DNA from: Caecitellus pseudoparvulus
Lineage: Eukaryota > Protista > Bigyra: Bicosoecida
Direction of reading: 5' to 3'
NCBI GenBank assembly: GCA_965644315.1
Contig: CBFFRQ010000096.1
Coordinates: forward strand, 62,001 to 126,000
DNA: 64,000 nt
Both the position numbers and the translations under genes were made by a program. The notes under the pieces are model-generated. The model saw only the letters and a program-made list of their open reading frames with translations. It made no database searches and was not told the DNA's origin. This document shows, in pieces, positions 49,262-60,092 of the stretch; the stretch's first letter is position 1, and the number at the start of each line of letters is the position of its first letter.

Positions 49262-50697
49262 ATGCTGGGATCCCGTCGTTCTGCAACTGTCGCCAATGCT
49301 CTGCTGGAGCACATGCGCAGTGGCGTGGGCGAGGCCGTGACTGTCGTGGACCTTCGCCAGGTGGCCAAGCGTGCCGCCGAGTGGTCTGCCCTGCTGCCAC
49401 GAGTGACACCCCACTATGGTGAGTGAATTCGTGCAGTTTCGAAGTCCGGCATCGTCCCACCATCACACGGCCCCCTTCTGATCCCTTCGCAGCCGTCAAG
49501 TGCAACCCCGACCTAGCCATTGCCAGCACCCTGGCGGAATGTGGCGTGAACTTCGACTGTGCCTCCGCCACTGAGATGGACATGATCGTGTCCAAGGTTG
49601 GGGTGTCTCCAGACCGCGTCATTTACGCCCACCCCACCAAGGCGCCTTCCCAGCTGCGGTACGCTGTGGACAATGGCGTGGACCTGACCGTCGTGGACAG
49701 CATTGAGGAGGTGGAGAAGTTGGCTGCGCTGCACCCCACCGCCAAGATTGTCGTGCGCATCAAGGTGGACGACTCCAACTCCGCCATGCCTTTCTCGGCA
49801 AAGTTCGGTGCGGACCTGTCAGCCGTCCCGGCTATCATGGACCGTGCTTCCAAGCTCGGGATGGCTGTCGTCGGCGTGTCCTACCACGTAGGCTCTGGCT
49901 GCGAGCACCCTGACACGTTCTACAAGGCTGTCGGCGCGGCTAACACCGCTTTTGGCTACGGCAAGGCTGCAGGGCACGCCATGACGCTGCTGAACCTGGG
50001 TGGCGGCTACCCCGGCCGCGCCGACCCCGGCGCCCCCACGCACATGCTGCCCAGCATCTTCCCCACCGTGGCAGCCCGCATCAACGCTGCCCTGAACGAG
50101 TTCTTCCCCGAGTCCCGCGTGGACAGCGTGTCTGGGCAGCCCATCCGAGTCATCGCTGAGCCAGGGCGGTACTTCGTCAGTTCCTGCCAGACCATGGCCA
50201 CCCCCATCATTGCCCAGCGCATTGAGGGCGACCCTGCCGGGGACGGCATGTCTCGCCTGTACATCTCTGACGGCGTGTACGGATCCTTCAACTGTGTCAT
50301 CTTCGACCAGCAGAAGCCCAGCCCAAGCTTCGTGCCCCGGGAGCTGCTGGAGGCACCCGATGCTGCGGCGGTTCTGGAGGCCATGACGCCCCTTGCTCCC
50401 CCCTCTGATGATGATGAGGTGCCCTCCCAGCACATGTCTGTGTGGGGCCCCACCTGCGACTCCGTGGACCTGGTGGTGAAGGACCTGCGCGTGCCTGTGG
50501 GCACCCGCATCGGCACTGGGGACTGGTTCGTGTGGGACAACATGGGCGCATACACCAACGCATCCGCCTCCACGTTCAACGGCTTCCATGTCCCCAACCG
50601 TGCCTACATCCCAGCTTCAGCCCAGTGGGACTTCGAGGGCTTGGTGCAGGAGGTGGCACAGGAGCTGCACCAGCACCAGCCCACGCCGTTTTCCTAG
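49262..50697 (+). CDS. ODC1: Ornithine decarboxylase (fold-type III PLP enzyme), 2 coding exons
   Basis: PHY|AVKCN (PLP lysine, intron 49419-49492), FDCAS, KFGA, YHVGSG, LGGGYPG, AEPGRYFV, WGPTCDSVD, NMGAYT. Substrate specificity is inferred. Confidence 0.9.
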
Positions 50698-50704
50698 GGA
50701 GCGA

Positions 50705-50783
50705 CGGTGACGGGTTTCATGTTGCGGGCTGCAACCCCTCCTGCCATTCAGGGGGGCGCGCACCCCTCAACACACCGTCACCG
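50705..50783 (+). promoter_or_regulatory. Long RNA hairpin 7 nt downstream of the ODC UAG (candidate readthrough element)
   Basis: CGGTGACGG (50705-50713) is the exact reverse complement of CCGTCACCG (50775-50783). Inner pairings are TGTTG/CAACA, GGG/CCC, TGC/GCA and CCCTCCTG/CAGGGGGG around a CCATT loop. Confidence 0.5.
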
Positions 50784-51032
50784 GGCAAGCCATGGTGTGT
50801 CCCACTTCAAGCCGGCACAGGGGCACACCGCGTGGAGGACACAGCAGGTGCGGGGTGTTCACACCTTTGTACCTGGTTGGGCTGCGCAGCGGGCGGCAGC
50901 AGGCGTCGTGGATGCCATGCTGCTGCACACCACCGCCTACGCAGCCAAGGAGGCAGGCTAACGCCAGGTGGACAGAGCAATGCATTCTGGGCGTCAGCAG
51001 GCTTGAGGGAGTCGGCTTTGCCTGCGCGGCAT

Positions 51033-51944
51033 TCACTGGGCCTGCGATCCCATTGCCGTGGAGACACACTCAGCCAACTCATCTGGCTGAACACCTGCAG
51101 CGCCTGAGGAGTGCAGCAGGCACAGGAGTGGCTCGGCTGCTTTGTCGTCGTCCTGGCGTATGAGCCCAACGTGCACGTTTGCGTCCGCGATGGCTTGCTC
51201 GTCAGCGGTGGGGTCCACTAGCCAGTGCCCAGCCACCCTCGACAGCGACGTGGCAGTGGGCAGGCTGCCCACTGCCACAGAGCACGTCACGGGGGACAGC
51301 CCCTCTGCCTTCAGCACCTCTGACGAAGGGGCCAGGTGTGCCTTGCCAGTAGCTGGGTGCACCACGACACTTGGCAGGGCCGTGGAAGCCAGCGCCTGCC
51401 CCGCAGCCGCAACTGCAGCTGCCAGTGGAGACCCGTCCAAGCTTGTCACGAGCAAGTCGACCTTGAGAGCCCACACTGCCTTTCCCTCGGCAATGCAGAG
51501 GCTGGAGAGGTTCACCACCTTGCTGCGAATGAAGAGCCGACCCAACAACTCGGCCAGCGCGTAGGCTTCATCAGGCGTGGAAGATGGTGAGAAATCGGGA
51601 GAGCACTGAGGTGTCATGTGCACCTGGAACTCGACCACCCCGTCCTCAGGGGCGTGCTCTTGTGGCACTGTTGCCACGCCCCTCACCGTCGCCACAACGC
51701 TGTTCCCGCCGATCGTGGCTACTGCTGAGCCATGCCCGCTTGTCACGTAATCTGCAATCACACGGAAAGTTTCGCTGCCTGAAAGAGAAGCACAGGGCCG
51801 TAGTGCAGGTCACACACCCTCCTGCACACTCAAGCTGCGCTGCTGAACAGCTGACCGGCCATCTGGCCGGATCCCTTTCGAGAGGAACTGCTTCGTGTAC
51901 TCCAGGGGCTGTAGCGCCTTGAAAGCATCTGCAGACAGAGCCAT
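51033..51944 (-). CDS. EXOSC8: Exosome complex component RRP43 (RNase PH family), 2 exons
   Basis: AFKALQPLEYTKQFLSKGIRPDGR, GSAVATIGGNSVVATVR, LCIAEGKAVW, LDGS, LVDPTADE. Predicted intron 51752-51817. Confidence 0.88.
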
Positions 51945-52219
51945 CCTAACTCCTGTGTAGTTTGGTGGTGCATGCGAGTGTGAGGGGAAATCATTGTCCT
52001 GGGGCGCCTGCAGGAATTTGTCAAGGCCGGGAGGGTGATAGGTCCTGCGGAAATCGGTGCTCTGGCATACCTAGGCCAAAACCGTACACCCGTATGCTGA
52101 GAAGCCGGCGCACCAGGATTAGCGTACATCACTTAGGTCGCTTACTGTTAGGCTTGCCAGGAGGCCTCATCGCCGAGCATCTCTCGAAGCTCGACGCAGT
52201 CGCAAGCGAAAGCTTGAGG

Positions 52220-52741
52220 ATGGCAGCGCGCCGCAAGCCGCAAGGCTTACAGCCAGGCAGCGACCTACCTCGCAAGTTCCAGCAGTTTAAGGAAACGACG
52301 TCAAGTCTCATAGCTGCCGTGGAACGCATTCAATTGCAGTTGGAGACAGCGCAAGCAGGTACGGGTAGAATCAGCAACCATGCTCAGAAACGCCCGTCAC
52401 AACACTGGCCTCGCGTGTGCCTTCGGGCTGCTGCAGATGCCAAAGCTGATGCTGAGGGAATCGCTTCATACGAACGAGCGATGGCGTCACTGAAGATTCG
52501 ACAGGAAGCCCTTCAGCGACGCCTCAAGTCGAACAAGCGGTGGGTTGAGTGGTTTGATGCTGAGGTGGAGCCACAGTTGCAGCGCTTTGACAACCTAAAG
52601 GCGGACTTGTCTGGACTGTATGCTGATGCCAAGCAGCGCCATGCGAAAGGCATCGAGCTCTTGCGCAGGGAGTTTGGCTATCACCCAGAGTTCAAGCGGC
52701 CTGGGGATGTCATCACCGGCGTGTCCTTCACTCCCAAGTGA
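52220..52741 (+). CDS. Small coiled-coil hypothetical protein, 2 exons
   Basis: ATG 52220, in-frame 78-nt intron 52359-52436 (GTACGG...CTGCAG), heptad pattern, and C-terminus EFGYHPEFKRPGD..FTPK. Confidence 0.65.
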   Translation: MAARRKPQGLQPGSDLPRKFQQFKETTSSLIAAVERIQLQLETAQAGTGRISNHAQKRPSQHWPRVCLRAAADAKADAEGIASYERAMASLKIRQEALQRRLKSNKRWVEWFDAEVEPQLQRFDNLKADLSGLYADAKQRHAKGIELLRREFGYHPEFKRPGDVITGVSFTPK

Positions 52742-53260
52742 CCCACTGAAAGCCGTACGAACCACACGACAGCCATGGGCTGTTGAGATACGTCCTTAAG
52801 TGTCGTCGGCTGCCAGTATCGATCCCGCGCAAACTGAAGGGGTTGTGCCCGCCCGCTACCTTCGACTTTATGGGTATCTGCGAATGGGAAGCCTCAACCC
52901 CTCCCCCCGGGCATGCGCGCGACATATCCCTCTGCATGGCCACGATTTCCAGTCTTGGCACATGCTCACGACTGTCATATTTTAATACACAACGTTACTG
53001 CGATACCCGATGTGCTGGCGTTCCCTCGCCTGTCTGCGGCACGCACACCTGCAAGCAACTTCCGCAGCGACAGCGCCAGTCGGAAGCAGCGCGCGGTCGT
53101 CTTGCCCGAGCCGCTAACTTGACCGGCGTTGAACCGCTGAGGTTTCTCGTCTGCGTTCAATTCTCACTGAGGCAACTGCAGGACTGACCCTACAGCGTCA
53201 AAGCGTTCCTTCAACCCTCCGCACCACCGAGTTCCGCTTCCCACCGGCACTTCAAACACC

Positions 53261-56200
53261 ATGGACAACACGACGCGCTCTGTGTTCTACAAGTTCAAGA
53301 ACTCGGTCAGCTATGAAACCCTCAAGTTCAAGGGGCAATTCATTTCTCTGGAACAACTCAAGCGCAACATAATCTCCCGGCACAACCTTGACCAAGATGA
53401 TCGCCGCGCGGTGACCAGCGTCATCATCACCGACGCAGAGACGCAGCAACGTGAGCCCTCCTTGCTTCTGCTACACGCGTGTCCAGAACGCACCACCTCT
53501 CTATTCCTCGCCCTTGATGTCCCGCAGCGATCCTCCCAGGCCAGCCCATCAACCCGGGCGCATCGCTTCTGGTCAGGCTGGATGCGAGCTCGTCGGCCTC
53601 AAGCGCAAGGGCTGCGCCCACGAGCGGCTCCACCACTCGTGCATACCAGATCGGGGACACCATGCTGCAGCCGCGCCAGCAGCGGTCGCAGCAAGAGGTC
53701 TTCCAGCCCACCAAAGGGCGGACGGCCCCTTTTGGGTACCAAATCTCGGCGCCCACCAGCACGACCAACTTCATGAGCGGAGATGCCTCTGCTCTCGCCT
53801 CCTTGCGCCAGCAAGCAGGTGCCAGGCCCAATGCGGCGGCTAAGGCAGCCGCCCTCCCCGCAGCTGCTGCCAAGAAGTACGATTCCGCCCCGGCAGCACT
53901 CAAGTGCGCCATCTCGGGCCAGCTCCTGCTGGATGCTGTCTTGCTGCCTTGCTGTGGCAAGCACGTCTCGGACGAAGCTGCGCGTGAAGCCATCCCTGCT
54001 AATGACCTCAAGTGCCCTCTGTGTGGCACTGCTGGACTGTCCGTGGACAACATGGTCATCCTGAAAGGTGTGCGCGACAAGGCTGCCGCCTGGCTCCAGC
54101 GCGAAGTAGAGGGCGGGCAGCCTGTGCAAGAGGAGGCTGCAGCACCAGCTCAGCATGCTGAAGTCCGTCGTCAAGCAGCCGATGATGAGCTTGCGGTGAA
54201 TCCCTCTGCCTTCATGGTGGCCAAGGCGGTGGTCGTGGACTCCATGGCTCAAGGCGCGCAAGCTGGGGAGGGTGCTGACACCGAGGAGGACTCAGACGAT
54301 GACCTGTACGACCTTGGGAGTGACGATGATGCCCAGCCACAAGCCGAACAGAATGCTGCATCACAGCCCCATGCTCCTGACGCTGTGGTTCCCGACGCCC
54401 AATCACACCAGCCAGCGCCTGCTGCACCGCACACAGCAGCCGGGACACAAGCAGGTCCGGCCGTTGCTGACATTCCTGTGACTCAACAACAACCAGCTCG
54501 TCAGGAGGGTGGCGGGTATGGTGGCCCACCCAAGAGCCAGGGCGGTGGCGGGTATGGCGGCCCACCCAAGAGCCAGGGCGGTGGCGGGTATGGCGGCCCA
54601 CCAGCTCGTCAGGATGGTGGCGGGTATGGCGGCCCACCCAAGAGCCAGGGCGGTGGCGGGTATGGCGGCCCACCAGCTCGTCAGGAGGGTGGCGGGTACG
54701 GCGGCCCACCCAAGAGCCAGGGCGGTGGCGGGTATGGCGGCCCACCAGCTCGTCAGGAGGGTGGCGGGTACGGCGGCCCACCCAAGAGCCAGGGCGGTGG
54801 CGGGTATGGCGGCCCACCAGCTCGTCAGGAGGGTGGCGGGTATGGCGGCCCACCAGCTCGCCAGGAGGGTGGCGGGTACGGCGGCCCACCAGCTCGTCAG
54901 GAGGGTGGCGGGTACGGCGGCCCACCCAAGAGCCAGGGCGGTGGCGGGTATGGCGGCCCACCAGCTCGTCAGGAGGGTGGCGGGTACGGCGGCCCACCCA
55001 AGAGCCAGGGCGGTGGCGGGTATGGCGGCCCACCAGCTCGTCAGGAGGGTGGCGGGTATGGCGGCCCACCAGCTCGCCAGGAGGGTGGCGGGTACGGCGG
55101 CCCACCAGCTCGTCAGGAGGGTGGCGGGTACGGCGGCCCACCAGCTCGCCAGGAGGGTGGCGGGTATGGCGGCCCACCAGCTCGTCAGGAGGGTGGCGGG
55201 TACGGCGGCCCACCCAAGAGCCAGGGCGGTGGCGGGTATGGCGGCCCACCAGCTCGTCAGGATGGTGGCGGGTACGGCGGCCCACCAGCTCGTCAGGAGG
55301 GTGGCGGGTACGGCGGCCCACCAGCTCGTCAGGAGGGTGGCGGGTATGGCGGCCCACCAGCTCGTCAGGAGGGTGGCGGGTACGGCGGCCCACCAGCTCG
55401 CCAGGATGGTGGCGGGTATGGCGGCCCACCAGCTCGCCAGGATGGTGGCGGGTATGGCGGCCCACCCAAGAGCCAGGGCGGTGGCGGGTATGGCGGCCCA
55501 CCAGCTCGTCAGGAGGGTGGCGGGTACGGCGGCCCACCCAAGAGCCAGGGCGGTGGCGGGTATGGCGGCCCACCAGCTCGTCAGGAGGGTGGCGGGTACG
55601 GCGGCCCACCCAAGAGCCAGGGCGGTGGCGGGTATGGCGGCCCACCAGCTCGTCAGGAGGGTGGCGGGTATGGCGGCCCACCCAAGAGCCAGGGCGGTGG
55701 CGGGTATGGCGGCCCACCAGCTCGTCAGGAGGGTGGCGGGTACGGCGGCCCACCCAAGAGCCAGGGCGGTGGCGGGTATGGCGGCCCACCAGCTCGTCAG
55801 GAGGGTGGCGGGTATGGCGGCCCACCAGCTCGTCAGGAGGGTGGCGGGTATGGTGGCCCACCCAAGAGCCAGGGCGGTGGCGGGTATGGCGGCCCACCAG
55901 CTCGTCAGGAGGGTGGCGGGTATGGCGGCCCACCAGCTCGTCAGGAGGGTGGCGGGTATGGCGGCCCACCAGCTCGCCAGGAGGGTGGCGGGTATGGCGG
56001 CCCACCAGCTCGCCAGGAGGGTGGCGGGTACGGCGGCCCACCCAAGAGCCAGGATGGTGGCGGGTATGGCGGCCCACCAGCTCGTCAGGATGGTGGCGGG
56101 TATGGCGGCCCACCCAAGAGCCAGGGCGGTGGCGGGTATGGCGGCCCACCAGCTCGTCAGGATGGTGGCGGGTACGGCGGCCCACCAGCTCGTCAGGAGG

Positions 56201-56634
56201 GTGGCGGGTATGGCGGCCCACCAGCTCGCCAGGAGGGTGGCGGGTATGGCGGCCCACCAGCTCGCCAGGAGGGTGGCGGGTACGGCGGCCCACCAGCTCG
56301 TCAGGAGGGTGGCGGGTACGGCGGCCCACCAGCTCGTCAGGAGGGTGGCGGGTACGGCGGCCCACCAGCTCGTCAGGAGAGTGGCGATTCACGTCGAGGG
56401 AGTCGCTATGAGCCACCAGTCAGATCAGCTGATGGCACACGAGCTGAGGGTCGTGCTGGCACCTCCGCCTCAGGGAGTGGTCGGTGGGATAACACTGCAC
56501 CACGCCCACGAATCGTTGTCAAGCGTCGCAGCGAGCAAGGACACCCAGCTAGAGCCTCAAGTCGAAGCCCTCCTCCTTCTCGCCCTGCTCCAGACAGTGG
56601 AGGTAGTCGACGGGTCGTCGTCATTCGGCGGTGA
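53261..56634 (+). CDS. RBBP6/Mpe1-like protein: DWNN ubiquitin-like domain, degenerate RING/U-box, Gly/Tyr/Pro repeat tail
   Basis: SVFYKFKNSVSYETLKF..ISLEQLKRNII (DWNN). Intron 53451-53527 joins it in frame to ORF 53662..56634, which contains LKCAISGQLLLDAVLLPCCGKH..CPLC. Confidence 0.8.
54493..56379 (+). repeat. Coding minisatellite, 52 x 36-nt units plus a partial unit
   Basis: 54493-56364 is 1872 nt, exactly 52 units. Unit variants encode PARQEGGGYGGP, PKSQGGGGYGGP and PARQDGGGYGGP. Confidence 0.97.
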
Positions 56635-56715
56635 GTGGTGGAGATCGACTGACAGAAGTTGAGCTGCTGCTTGGGCAATGCATTTGGGTCAAACTGGAGA
56701 CCTTCGTAGCCCGTC

Positions 56716-59539
56716 TCACGCACTCACTGTCGCATCAGCCTTGCGCTCTTCCATCGCACCCCCAGCGCCACTTGCAGCAGGAGCTGGCAGCGATGCAACG
56801 TCTAAGAGCGCTGAGACTCGCTGCAGCACATCCGTTAGCTCAGGGTGGTCCCGAACCATGGCTTGGATGCCAGCTTCCACCTGCCTGCGGCGGGACTGAG
56901 CAGCCTGCAGCTCGCCGCGCGCAGCAGCAAAGTCACTGGGCGTGGCCACGGCTCCGTCCATGATGGCAACATACCTCTCTGCGCGCCTTCCCAGCGCTGC
57001 AGCAGCCTCCTCAGCCTTTTGCTTGTCGTAGGCAAGCCCATTCACGGCGGCTTGGGCTGCAGCAGTGCGACCCTCCAAAGCCCGCACCTCCTCCTCGGCA
57101 GTGGCTGCAGCTGCTGCGGCCTTTTCCACGGCAGCCTTTTTCTGAGCGATGGCGGCGTCATAGGCGCCCAATCTCTCCTGCTTGGCGGCGATGTCCTTGC
57201 GCAGCTTCGTGAGTGCACTCTGCAAGCCCTTGCGCGTGTGCCCGCCGCCCGGCACCTTCCCTGCCTTGCGGCCCCGGTACTTCACAGCGATGTCCTCGTG
57301 CTTGTCGATGGCGCGTTCCATTTCCCGAATGAGGCGCTCTTGGTCCCGCGTCAGGGTGTCCAGGCGCAGCTGCATGCGGTGGATCTCCCGCTCCATGCCG
57401 GCGACTTCACTTTCGCCCACTGTGGGGTCCAGCGCCGCCTGCATCTCCTTCTCCAACTCGATCTTCTTCTCCCACTGCACGAGCTGGCGCTCCAGCTCTG
57501 CCAGCTCCTCCACTTGGGCGACCTTGGCCTCCTTCAGCGTGGCCACTTTCCCCTCCAGCGCGATGCTGGCCTCCTCTGCCTCCTTGAGACCCTCTCGGAA
57601 GTCGCCCTCGGCAATGGCGTTGGCTTCTGCCACCTTCTTGTTCAAGTCGGCGTTCTTGGAGATGAGCGCGTTGATACGGGCCATGTCTTCGTGCATGTTC
57701 TGAATGGCCACGCGCAGGTCAGCCACCTCCCGCTCCTGCCCAGCGATGGAGCCTTCCATGCGGATGCGCTTCTGGTCCAGCAGCATGTGCTGGGACCGCA
57801 TCTCGCGCAGGCGGGCCGACTTGCTCTCCACTGCCGAGGCGTGCTTCACCAGCTCAGTCTGGTCTGCCAGCCAGCGCTTCTGCATCTCCTCAATGGCCTT
57901 GCGCTTCGCCTCGATCTGCTTGGTGGTGTTGTGGATGGTGGCTTCCAGGGGGCCCATGTGCTCCTCTTCGCTGCGCCCAGCCACCAGGCCCTCGTACTTG
58001 CGGTTCAAGCGGTCCACCATGTACATCTTCTTCTCGATTGCGTCGTTGCGCTGGCGGATCTCCAGCTCGTACTTGGCCACCAGGGCGTCCTTCTCCGACA
58101 GCTCCGCCTCCAACGCCTTGAGAGTGTCAGCCAGCGCCGCATTGTGCGCCCGCGTGTTCAGCACGTCCACCTTGATGCGCGCCAGCTCGTTCTCGACATT
58201 GGCTTGCTCCATCTCTTTGCTGTGGATGAGCGCCAGCACCTTCTTGGCGCTGCGCGTCATGTTGCGGGCCTGCTTCTGCGCCGTCTCCTGCGCCGACGCT
58301 GCCTCTTCGATGGAAGCCTCCAGCTCCTGCCGCTTGCGATCCACGCGAGCACGGGATGCCTCCAACTCCAGCACTTCCTTGCGCAGTTTCTCCGCCTCGC
58401 TGCGGTAGCGCGCCACTTCCGCGTCTGTGGATGCCAGACTGCTCTGCAGCATGCCGTACCGCTCCTCCAGCGCCTCCCGCTGCCGGTTCATGCTGGTCAG
58501 CTGCGCTTCCAGCCACTGCAACTCGGCGTCCACCTTGTCCATGACCTCCGTCAGTTGTGCGTTCTTGTCTTGTGCAGCGCGGATGTTCTTGTGGGCGTTG
58601 TTCTCTGCTGCGTTGAGGGAGTTGAACTCCTCCTTGATGTCGCGGAGAGCATCCCGGGTGGCTTGGAGGGCCTCGTCGCGCTGCTTCAAGGCGATGAGGT
58701 TGGACTGCCACTGTGCCAGCAGCTGCTGCTTCTCAAAGCGCACAGTGTCCATCTCCTTCCCCGCATCCCGGAGCGTTTCTACGGCAGCGCCAGTCTCCTC
58801 GCGCTGAGCGGCAATTTTTGCCTTCAGCAGGGCGATCTGCTCCTGAGCCACCTTCGTCCTCTCGTTCAACCTGTCAATCTGGACGTCTTGCTCCTCCTTC
58901 ACCTTCTCTTTCCCAGCCACCTCCGCCTCAGCTTTGTATGCCCCTCGGCGAGTGAGAGCAATTTCCGCCTCCATCTCCTTGTTGTACGCCTCAACCTGCC
59001 GCACAGTGTCAGCGACGCCATTCAGCTCCTTCAAGAACTTGTCTAGATTTCCCTGCTCTGCCAGGATCTGTGCCTTGCGCTGCTCGTGTCCCTGTGGCAG
59101 CCAGGCAGGCAGCAAGTGTGTCGCAGGTGGCAAAGAAATGTCGGCAACCGGCACGCACCTCCTTAAACGCCGCAAGGTCTTCCTCCGCTTGCGCGCGCGC
59201 ACCCGCAACGACTGTCGCATTCTGCTGCATCGTCTCCAGCTGCATCTGCAGCTTGGCAAGCTGCTGCTGCACTCCATACAACTCAACGCCCAGCTCCTCT
59301 CGCTGCTTTGCCGTGCGCGCCGCTTCCTCTGCTCGGTCTCGGAGCTCTTCGTCCACACGGTCATACCGAGTCTGGAGCTGCTTCTGCAGCGCAATTTGCA
59401 CACGCTCCATCAAAGGGTGGTCGCCAATGTTACGCAGCAGGCGCTCATCTTCAGCGTCCATGAAAGCGGCAGCGCCGACATCTCCGCCACTCGCAGCTGC
59501 ACTGGGAGCGCTGCTCCCGCCATCATACGCCGCTGCCAT
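56716..59539 (-). CDS. CCDC40: Coiled-coil domain-containing protein 40 (axonemal 96-nm ruler, FAP172), 2 exons
   Basis: DHPLMERVQIALQKQL..QREELGVELYGVQQQLAKLQ, GPLEATI, WEKKIELEKEM, EVAGMEREIHRMQLR. Predicted intron 59092-59158. Confidence 0.9.
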
Positions 59540-60092
59540 GCCTCTTATTGCGAGCAAGTGCCACCGAGTGAGACAATGGAGGTGATTTCCACCTCTTTCG
59601 GTGCTGGATGGCGAGGAAGACCTTTGCAGCAAAGCCTCTGGAGCTCACGGCAGCGTTTCGTGAAACGCAAGCCGAGCCGGAAGGACTTGGTGAGTGCTGC
59701 CGTGCACCAGCGCGTCAAGTTGTGGACCCAGGTGATTGCAACCGTGAGGTGGAGGGTTGTGTACGGGATATCGGTTTTGTGATGGCCTTTTCATGCTCAT
59801 GAGTGAGGGGGGGGGGAAGCCAAGTGCTGCGTGGCCTGAGCAAACCCAGTCCTACCGCTTCCGTTGGAAAAGAGGGGAAGAGGGGGGGGGACTGAGGATC
59901 AATCAACATCAAAACATCACAATCCACCTGCCCCTACGTGTCACACCGGCAGCCTTGTGCGTCCAAGACTCTGAATACAGTGCACGCGTTACGCAGCGTA
60001 ACGTGTCCAGCCACGCCAAACCACGCAGGGAGACCAGGAAACCCCTTCACGCAGCTTAGGACGGGAAACTCGGAGCTGAGTCGTTTTTCATA

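Noticed and set aside
50940-50961. Peroxisomal PTS1 at the end of the ODC extension
   Set aside because: The extension ends in EAG, which is not SKL-like.
52830-52905. Hairpin as SECIS, TPP riboswitch or telomerase template
   Set aside because: It lacks the paired GA quartet and apical AA, the CUGAGA motif, and a CCCTAA-type template.
54493-56379. 36-nt repeat as a CRISPR array
   Set aside because: Units are directly adjacent with no unique spacers, there are no cas genes, and the array is in frame in a eukaryotic CDS.
54212-56662. Long alternative-frame ORFs 54509..56662 (+) and 54212..56416 (-)
   Set aside because: They are by-products of a stop-free 36-nt unit. Synonymous-site variation fits the GGGYGGPP frame.
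59608-59802. Short ORF MARKTFAAKP in the CCDC40/RCC1 divergent gap
   Set aside because: No recognisable motif or convincing downstream exon, so it is probably promoter sequence.
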